In this document: positions 9,837 through 17,038 of the stretch, piece by piece
How the letters are laid out: every line of letters starts with the position of its first letter
How positions within the stretch are numbered: position 1 is the first letter of the stretch
Source: a virus
DNA length: 64,000 bases
Reading direction: 5' to 3' (one strand)
Virus record (IMG/VR): IMGVR_UViG_3300034073_002951
Coordinates: 7,092-71,091 of that record
The notes under the pieces: model-generated
What the model was told of the DNA's origin: nothing
The model's database searches: none
The model's input: the letters and a program-made list of their open reading frames with translations, nothing else
Made by a program: the position numbers and the translations under genes

Positions 9837-11409
9837 TTTTGTCTATAAATAATTCTTCAAAATAATCTTCTATTTTTTCTTTCCAAATTGATTGTTTCAA
9901 AAAATCTGTATGACATCCAACTTGAAAAGTTTTCTTTGGCCTCCATAGGAGTTCTTCACTTATTTCACCTTCAAATGCTTTTCTTAAAATATATTTCATT
10001 ACCTGACCATTGCCTTCGTTTTCATCACGATACTTGGTGGGTATTCTCAGACCAAAGTCAATTAACTTTTTATTTAAGAATGGTGTTCTTAATTCTACAA
10101 TACCACCCCACATCATTGCTTTATTTGTACGAATAAGATTTGTTTTATGAAGACTATTTAGAAGATTTACTCTTTTTTGGTGATACCAAATTGGTTCTGG
10201 CCAACAAAATCGTTTCACATCCCCATAGGAAGCAAAGATTTCATCTGCACCTTCACCCCCAAACACTACCTTAAATCCCCTTTTATCTATTTCTTGGGAT
10301 AAAAACAATTGAGCAACAGCTGGTGATACCTGTGTCCATTTATGAGTTTCAACCGCCCATATACTTTCTTTTAAAACTTCTTCAATCTGTTCACGGGTAA
10401 CATTCACCTCATTTAATTTTATTCCAAACTCTTTTGCAGCCATTCGTGCATAATACAAATCATCCTTCAAGTTTGATTGTCTTTTTTGTTGAACATTTAC
10501 CACAAATGCTTCAATATTTGGATTTACTTTTGAAAGAAGATATGTAATGATTGTACTATCTATTCCACCACTCAATATAGTACACACGGGTACATCTGAA
10601 ATTAGTTCATCATACACCGCTTCTTCTAACAAATTTCTAAACCCACTTGTGTAATAATCTACACCCCTATCTTCACCTTCATAGGCCATAAACTCTTCAT
10701 CATTTCTTGGATAGTATGCCGTTGGATGATGCAAACTAAATTTTGGTTTAAAATCAAAGTACCGAGTTTCTTTAAGTATTCCCAAAGAATTATAAATTAA
10801 AAAGGTTCCTGGTTCAACTATCTTGATTAATTCTTTGTCTTTATATTTTGAATTAAATCTACTCCCCTTATCAATATTATAATATTTAAGTGAATTTATA
10901 GACTCAGTTAGTCCTTTTACTTCACTTGAAAACGCAATATATTGACCATCATAGTAATAATAAAATGGAAGTCTTCCTATAAAGTCCCTTCCTAAAATTA
11001 ATTCATCTTTTTCCTTATCATAAAAAGCAAATGAAAACATACCTTCCAACTCATTTAACTTTTCTTTAAGGTTATTTTTGTTTTCAATCAAAAAGTATAA
11101 GAGAAGTTCGGTATCAGAACTGGTTGTTTTAAATTTGTATTTACTACGAAGGTATGAATTAAATTTGTCAAATGTGGATTTCCACAACTCACCATTAAAA
11201 GCAAGATAATATCTACCACAATCGGAAGACATTGGTTGATTTGCAATTTCGGAAAGGTCTTGAATGGATAACCTGTTATGAGCAAGTTTCATTCCATTTT
11301 GGAAACTGAAAACAGTATTACCATCCATTCCTCGGTGCATCATAGTCATTAGACCATGTTTTATATCATCCATCGAATTGATGATATTACCACCTAATAT
11401 TCCACACAT
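9763..11409 (-). CDS. asnB: Asparagine synthetase B-like glutamine amidotransferase
   Basis: N-terminal MCGI nucleophile, HNRLSIQDL, NGE, SGGIDS PP-loop, GEGADEIF, ELRTPFL. Confidence 0.88.
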   Translation of the reverse strand: MCGILGGNIINSMDDIKHGLMTMMHRGMDGNTVFSFQNGMKLAHNRLSIQDLSEIANQPMSSDCGRYYLAFNGELWKSTFDKFNSYLRSKYKFKTTSSDTELLLYFLIENKNNLKEKLNELEGMFSFAFYDKEKDELILGRDFIGRLPFYYYYDGQYIAFSSEVKGLTESINSLKYYNIDKGSRFNSKYKDKELIKIVEPGTFLIYNSLGILKETRYFDFKPKFSLHHPTAYYPRNDEEFMAYEGEDRGVDYYTSGFRNLLEEAVYDELISDVPVCTILSGGIDSTIITYLLSKVNPNIEAFVVNVQQKRQSNLKDDLYYARMAAKEFGIKLNEVNVTREQIEEVLKESIWAVETHKWTQVSPAVAQLFLSQEIDKRGFKVVFGGEGADEIFASYGDVKRFCWPEPIWYHQKRVNLLNSLHKTNLIRTNKAMMWGGIVELRTPFLNKKLIDFGLRIPTKYRDENEGNGQVMKYILRKAFEGEISEELLWRPKKTFQVGCHTDFLKQSIWKEKIEDYFEELFIDKNVPTSFIKRQSGFNTNRITEVTVL

Positions 11410-11412
11410 ATT

Positions 11413-12066
11413 TTATTTTTTAAAGAGTTGGTCTCGTTCAATTGTACTACTCATCCAATCAGCCCAATGTAATACATATTGAATGTTGTATTTAAGGTAT
11501 TTGTTTGTATCATAGACTTTATAATATTTTACGTTGTCTTCATCGAAAACCCCATCGGTAAGTTTAATACCAAAATACTCTACTTCATTATATTGAATTC
11601 CATATTTGTTAAACAAAAAGAAAGTTCTATCGGTATGGGATAGATAAGAAAGATTTGGGTTTGATTTATATACCTCACCTTTATTTTTGATGTGCCATTC
11701 ACTTTCATTTGGAACATAATGAGGTTCCCCCTTGTCACCTAATTTACCCAAATCATGATGAAATGCTGCAAACAAAAGTTCATCGGTAGTAAAATCAACT
11801 ACCCCACCTTGTTCTTGGTATAACTTCATCATTTTAAGAGAGTTTCTAACCACATTCATCACGTGGTCAATATACCCACCATCGTAGGCGTTGTGGTAAA
11901 ATGTATTTCCTGATGCGGGTGAAACCATTAGGTTTAAACCCAACTCATCTTCGGAATACATATGGAGAAGTTTTTCTAATCGTTCTCCATTAAAAGACTT
12001 TTCTATTGCTTTAAGAAACTTCTTATAATTTTCTTGTAATTGAGCTTCGTTGTATTGTTTTGTCAT
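11413..12066 (-). CDS. HD-domain phosphohydrolase
   Basis: HNAYDGGYIDH...HHDLGK...LHWAD. Confidence 0.75.
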   Translation of the reverse strand: MTKQYNEAQLQENYKKFLKAIEKSFNGERLEKLLHMYSEDELGLNLMVSPASGNTFYHNAYDGGYIDHVMNVVRNSLKMMKLYQEQGGVVDFTTDELLFAAFHHDLGKLGDKGEPHYVPNESEWHIKNKGEVYKSNPNLSYLSHTDRTFFLFNKYGIQYNEVEYFGIKLTDGVFDEDNVKYYKVYDTNKYLKYNIQYVLHWADWMSSTIERDQLFKK

Positions 12067-12091
12067 AAAAAAATGATTGTATAGTTAATAC

Positions 12092-12120
12092 AATATACAA
12101 ATTTTTTTTATAATTGTCAA
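12092..12120 (-). promoter_or_regulatory. sigma70-type promoter TTGACA-N17-TATATT (HD-asnB-dehydrogenase-PLP operon)
   Basis: Consensus hexamers, 17-nt spacer. Confidence 0.75.
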
Positions 12121-12383
12121 TTATTTAAATGCTCAATTATTGCATTTCTATAAGTCAATTCAGATTGAAGTCCAACAAATCTTTCAACTTCTACCCCATT
12201 TTTTTCATAAATCACCGTTGGTACTGACCTTACATTTGCTTGTTCAACAAATTCTGTTTCTTCTTCTATGTCAATGTGGTGAATTGGAACTTGTGGAAAT
12301 TCCTTTTGAAGTTTATCAAAGACAGGATTTAACATTCTACATGGACCACACCATATAGCATAATATTTTTTAATTTCTAACAT
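12117..12383 (-). CDS. trxA: Thioredoxin
   Basis: WCGPC active site, VRSVPT cis-Pro motif. Confidence 0.92.
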   Translation of the reverse strand: MLEIKKYYAIWCGPCRMLNPVFDKLQKEFPQVPIHHIDIEEETEFVEQANVRSVPTVIYEKNGVEVERFVGLQSELTYRNAIIEHLNN

Positions 12384-12401
12384 TTTTTTAAAAAAATTAA
12401 A

Positions 12402-12429
12402 TAAATGGGGATTTTTACATCCCCATTTA
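12402..12429 (-). terminator. Intrinsic terminator-like hairpin after Hc1-like gene
   Basis: TAAATGGGGAT / ATCCCCATTTA inverted repeat followed by T-rich sequence on the minus strand. Confidence 0.7.
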
Positions 12430-12432
12430 AAT

Positions 12433-12603
12433 TTATTTTGTTTCTTCTACTGAAAGTTTTCTGTATTCAGTAACAAGTTTTTTAAGTTCACCAATTGCTT
12501 TACGGGCACGGGACTTAGCGGCTTTTGAGTTTCCTTGATGTTCTGCTTCAAATTGTGTCCACAATTCACGCATTTGCTCAAAGAGTTCGTGTGATGTTGC
12601 CAT
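12433..12603 (-). CDS. Histone H1-like (Hc1 family) small nucleoid protein, 56 aa (below ORF-track cutoff)
   Basis: MATSHELFEQMRELWTQFEAEHQGNSKAAKSRARKAIGELKKLVTEYRKLSVEETK. The KAAxxRARK...LKKL...YRK signature is recognisable; AAGGAG upstream and a terminator downstream. Confidence 0.8.
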   Translation of the reverse strand: MATSHELFEQMRELWTQFEAEHQGNSKAAKSRARKAIGELKKLVTEYRKLSVEETK

Positions 12604-12689
12604 AAACTTTATTTCTCCTTTTGTTTATTAATAATTATTGTCCTATTGTTATTTTTTTATGATTAAGGACGATTTCATAAAAATTTATT

Positions 12690-13682
12690 TTATTTTTTAA
12701 AATGTTTTTTATACTTTTCAATTATTTTTTCTTTTGGTTCATTTAAAATTACAGATTTCTTATCTAAATATGTATCTGCAAAATTACTCCAAGTTGAAAG
12801 TGGAAATTTAATTAAAAAAGAACAAAAACATAATGAAAATAAATCGATAACATTTTTAAAATGACTATCTGAAAAAATATCATTTTTAATATACTTTAAG
12901 TAGTCATTTTTTCTATGTAAATTATTTGGGTATTTTTCAAACCAATAATCAATTAAATTATCAGGTCCATCATAACTTATATAAAATTTTTGATTTTCAT
13001 TTATTTCTAAAATAGAATCTATTATTTTAAAATAAAAAGTATCATCATAAAAGTCAAATTGATAAAACGATTCTGCTGATTCTTTTTCTCTAAATTTTAT
13101 AAATTCATTTTTTATACCATCATTAATTTCATGTAAATTATTTTTAAAATGTACCCCTCTTCCTCTTCGTACATGAATTCCAATCATGTTTGAAGTAAAA
13201 TCTTTTAAAATTTTTTCTAAATTTTTATCTTTTATCTTAATATCTTTTATATGTCTTTTAAACTGTTCAGAATCTGAAAATATATCATCCAATCTCGTAA
13301 ATCCAAAATCTGAATACCAATTTTCTGAAGATTGAATTTGTTTTTTTGATAATAATATTTCATCCAATAAGTCTTTATTAATTGGTTTTGATTCTATTTT
13401 ATCAGTTCCTTCTAAATCAAGATTTTTAAAATTCAAAAGATTTATAGATTGCTCAACTTCAACATCTTCTTTAATTAAAATCGTATTAGGTAAATCAAGT
13501 AACTCTAAAAGTTCAGGATAATGTGTTTGTTGTAACAAAATTTTAAATTTGTTTCCATGCAATTTATTTATTTCTTGTGCAATTTCCCAAAAAAATAATC
13601 TATTACACAAACCTGTATCATAACTTCTGTAAATTTCATCGGTATCTCTACCGAATGGTTCTATCCACCTTAATGTACTCAT
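12690..13682 (-). CDS. Fucosyltransferase-like glycosyltransferase (GT11/GT23-like)
   Basis: GLCNRL N-terminal motif, IGIHVRRG, DLFSL...STWS; very AT-rich. Confidence 0.65.
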   Translation of the reverse strand: MSTLRWIEPFGRDTDEIYRSYDTGLCNRLFFWEIAQEINKLHGNKFKILLQQTHYPELLELLDLPNTILIKEDVEVEQSINLLNFKNLDLEGTDKIESKPINKDLLDEILLSKKQIQSSENWYSDFGFTRLDDIFSDSEQFKRHIKDIKIKDKNLEKILKDFTSNMIGIHVRRGRGVHFKNNLHEINDGIKNEFIKFREKESAESFYQFDFYDDTFYFKIIDSILEINENQKFYISYDGPDNLIDYWFEKYPNNLHRKNDYLKYIKNDIFSDSHFKNVIDLFSLCFCSFLIKFPLSTWSNFADTYLDKKSVILNEPKEKIIEKYKKHFKK

Positions 13683-14224
13683 TTAATTTTAATTAATTCT
13701 AAAATTTGTTGGGTAGCGGATTCCGTTGGAAACGTATGAAAATTAATATTATTTTTAATAAGTATTTCTTTTAGTCTTTTATCAATCTCTTTACTTTGTT
13801 CTAAATTTTGGTATCTACCCTCATCTTCAAATTTTAATTCATCTCTTTCCAAAAATATATTTACATTATCATATTTGTTATGTAATGAAATGATAAAATC
13901 ATCAAATTCTTTTCCATAAAAAGAAGCAGGATAATATGGTTTTTCATCATAAAAGTTTTTATACACCAAGGAAAGAAGTATTGGTGAATCTACTATAATA
14001 TAATCCACCTCACCCCAACTTCGTGCTATACCTCTATGTTGATTACCTATTACATAAAATTGGTCACGTATAGCAGGATAATTCTTATCCCATGCTAAAA
14101 CCTTTGGAAATTCATAAGGAGCATCTGCCTTAATATGTCTTTTCTTTAATTCAGACAATAATGCAGCTGCTACTGATGATTTTCCAGCCGAAGGTCCTGC
14201 AAATAAATTGATAATTTTACTCAT
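13679..14224 (-). CDS. P-loop kinase/ATPase (NadR/AAA_28-like)
   Basis: GPSAGKS Walker A, IIVDSPILL, GRYQ. Confidence 0.7.
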   Translation of the reverse strand: MSKIINLFAGPSAGKSSVAAALLSELKKRHIKADAPYEFPKVLAWDKNYPAIRDQFYVIGNQHRGIARSWGEVDYIIVDSPILLSLVYKNFYDEKPYYPASFYGKEFDDFIISLHNKYDNVNIFLERDELKFEDEGRYQNLEQSKEIDKRLKEILIKNNINFHTFPTESATQQILELIKIK

Positions 14225-14231
14225 AAAAAAT

Positions 14232-14253
14232 ATGGGAAGGTTTCCCTCCCCAT
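14232..14253 (-). terminator. Intrinsic terminator after TonB-dependent receptor
   Basis: ATGGGGAGG-GAAA-CCTTCCCAT stem with GNRA loop followed by ATTTTTT. Confidence 0.8.
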
Positions 14254-14258
14254 TTATT

Positions 14259-16970
14259 TTAGAAATTGTATCTTAACGATGCATTCCACGTTCTACCAAA
14301 ACCAAACCATACAGAGTTACGAACATCAACATCATTCCATGTTGGTGCGGTTCCATCTGCGTGAATGTTGGTATTTGATTCAGCAATATAAACGGTATCA
14401 AACACGTTGTTTACGTTTACTCTGAACGAAGCGTTATGCTTCATCAAATCAAATCTAACAGTAAGACCTAAATCTACCAATCCATAGGAAGGAAGTTCAA
14501 GTGCTCCTTTGTTATCAGGTCTTGTAAAGTCTGATGAAGTAATAGAATAGTCAGCAAATAACTTATCTGCGAAACGATGACTAATGTCTAAACTTACATC
14601 ATCAACTCTAAAGTCAGCTTCTAAGTAAGTAGTAAACTGTGCTGCATCACCAACTTTAGCTCCTTTAGTATAAAGAGTACCTGTACCGATTTGTTGGTTG
14701 TTATCATCAAAGAGTACAGTAGAGAAGTCTTTTGTATATCTCCAATCACCAACTGAAACCATACCTGTTAGTTTCAGAGCGTTGAATGGACGATAAGTTG
14801 TTTCTACTTCTACACCATTGTGAAGAACATCAATATCACGGAACTGTGCAGTACCGTCTGTACCGTCTGCGGTTCTAAATCCTCTACTGATGAAACGATT
14901 ACCCCATACTGTGGAGTAGGCATTTACATTCAAAGTAAAGTCAGTACCTAAGTAACCGTAACCTAACTCAACAGATGTTACTCTTTCATTTTGTAGATCT
15001 GGATTGACTAAGTTTGCGTAGTTAGGAAATACAGCATCAAAGTTTGGTTGACGAGAAATGAAACCTGCATTGAAGAATACATTCTGTCTATCATTGATGT
15101 TGTAGTTTGCTCCACCTTTTACATATCCACCACCTTGGTTTACTTCTTCGGAAAGAGGAAGTGTTGGTTGGTCAAAAAGGTCTTCTCTTTGGAAGGATTG
15201 GTTAGATACACCTGCTTGAACTACTGCTGTAAGTTCTTCACCTGTATACTCGACCAAACCGTTTAGACCTTGCCATCCAACATAACCGACATTATAGTAG
15301 TCGATTTTCGGGCCGTTGAGACCTGTATTTTTGAATGGAGATGGGTCAATCAAAGTTTCAATGATTTGACCTGCGGAGTTCTTATTACCTGTTGAATAAT
15401 AACCATCAAGACCCATAAGGTCAGTTACTACTCGGTAGTGGTAGCCTGTATAGTCTCTCAAGTCAATACCAACTGATGCACGAAGAGTTTCACCTTCATA
15501 TTCCAAGTTAGAAATAACTCCATACCAGTCGTGTGAGTTCATAGAAGCTCTACGAATAAGAACCGCTCTATTTACTCCATCATTACGGAAACCGTTTGAA
15601 CCGATACGAAGACCTTCAAAGCGTGAAATTGCTCCTGTGTAAGCTCCTGTGGTTGCTCTATTGACTTCAATGACTTTATCAAAATCAATAAATCCATCAG
15701 CATCTCTTGTACCTCTACCACGGTTTAAGTAGTGTTCGGTCAAGTCAATGTTGAATGGATACATATCAATATCACCATTACGGAAGTTATTTCCACGAGG
15801 ACCAGTTCCTCCACCTCTACCTGCGGAAGCATAGAAAGAAGTATTCAACTGAAGTCTATCTGTGATTTCATAATCCCAGTTGAATGTTGCTAATGGTTTG
15901 TTGTAGAAGTTTCTTCTCATATTGAACTCTTCACCATCTAAGAATCCAGCATCAGTATTCCATCTTCTATCAATACCTTCTTCACCGAAGTTTTGGTAGT
16001 CACGGATTGATACCCATGAGTCTCTTTGGTGGTGCCATTGACCTGCTCCTAAAACCGAAAGGTTTAGAGAGTGACGGGAGTCAGTTGGATTATATCCTAC
16101 TGCGACAAAGTAAGTATGACCTTCACCTTGTGTTCCGTAGACATATCCATTACCCGCCCAATAGGAATAGAGGAAGGAAGTTGCCCATCCACTTTCACTT
16201 CTACCTGTGGAATAGGAAAGAGTTGTTTTGGTATAACCATCGTTACCGACAAGTTGAGATACAGTACCACCTCTTTCTCTCTCCGCAGCTTTTGTGAAGA
16301 TAGATACAGTACCACCTACTGATGGAACTGCAAGACGAGAAGCACCAAGACCTCTTTGGATTTGGATACCAGAAGCTACATCAGTCAAACCTTGCCAGTT
16401 AGACCAATATACCCATCCGTTTTCCATATCATTAACGGGTTGGCCATTGATAAGGAATGATGTATTACGTTGATCAAAACCACGAAGTGAAATACGGGAA
16501 TCACCATATCCACCACCTGTCTTGGTTGCGTAAACACCGGGTGTTCTTGCCATTACTTCTGGAAACTCTTGATTACCCACTCTTTGTGAGATTTCAAGAG
16601 GTGGAATTGTAGATACTGCAACAGGGGTTTCCCTGATTCTTGCAATATCAATAACTCCGGAAGTAACAACAATCTCACCAAGTTCACCGAACGCCTGTTC
16701 AAGTCTTACGACCATTCCATTTGTTGCAGAAACTTCTTGAGTTTTATAACCAACAAAAGATACTACCAAAACCGTACCTTCGGTTGCTTCTTGAAGTGTA
16801 AAAGAACCATCCATACCGGTACTAGCTCCGATATGTGGGCGTTCTTTCACAACAACAGTAGCACCGGGTAATCTTTCGGAAGTACTTGCATCAACCACAG
16901 TACCTGTGATTTGTGCATTTGCTACCAATGATGAAAACATCATTGTGATTGCTATTAGTAGTTGTTTCAT
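14259..16970 (-). CDS. TonB-dependent outer-membrane receptor with N-terminal carboxypeptidase-regulatory-like domain
   Basis: Signal peptide MKQLLIAITMMFSSLVANA/Q; ITGTVVD...LPGATV...VSFVGYK; plug ISLRGF...LINGQP; beta-barrel ending YNF. Start set at ATG 16970. Confidence 0.92.
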   Translation of the reverse strand: MKQLLIAITMMFSSLVANAQITGTVVDASTSERLPGATVVVKERPHIGASTGMDGSFTLQEATEGTVLVVSFVGYKTQEVSATNGMVVRLEQAFGELGEIVVTSGVIDIARIRETPVAVSTIPPLEISQRVGNQEFPEVMARTPGVYATKTGGGYGDSRISLRGFDQRNTSFLINGQPVNDMENGWVYWSNWQGLTDVASGIQIQRGLGASRLAVPSVGGTVSIFTKAAERERGGTVSQLVGNDGYTKTTLSYSTGRSESGWATSFLYSYWAGNGYVYGTQGEGHTYFVAVGYNPTDSRHSLNLSVLGAGQWHHQRDSWVSIRDYQNFGEEGIDRRWNTDAGFLDGEEFNMRRNFYNKPLATFNWDYEITDRLQLNTSFYASAGRGGGTGPRGNNFRNGDIDMYPFNIDLTEHYLNRGRGTRDADGFIDFDKVIEVNRATTGAYTGAISRFEGLRIGSNGFRNDGVNRAVLIRRASMNSHDWYGVISNLEYEGETLRASVGIDLRDYTGYHYRVVTDLMGLDGYYSTGNKNSAGQIIETLIDPSPFKNTGLNGPKIDYYNVGYVGWQGLNGLVEYTGEELTAVVQAGVSNQSFQREDLFDQPTLPLSEEVNQGGGYVKGGANYNINDRQNVFFNAGFISRQPNFDAVFPNYANLVNPDLQNERVTSVELGYGYLGTDFTLNVNAYSTVWGNRFISRGFRTADGTDGTAQFRDIDVLHNGVEVETTYRPFNALKLTGMVSVGDWRYTKDFSTVLFDDNNQQIGTGTLYTKGAKVGDAAQFTTYLEADFRVDDVSLDISHRFADKLFADYSITSSDFTRPDNKGALELPSYGLVDLGLTVRFDLMKHNASFRVNVNNVFDTVYIAESNTNIHADGTAPTWNDVDVRNSVWFGFGRTWNASLRYNF

Positions 16971-17038
16971 ATGTGTTTTTTGTTTTTTGTTGTTTGTATT
17001 GATACCACACATAGTATGGTATTTATCCTTTTTTTTTT

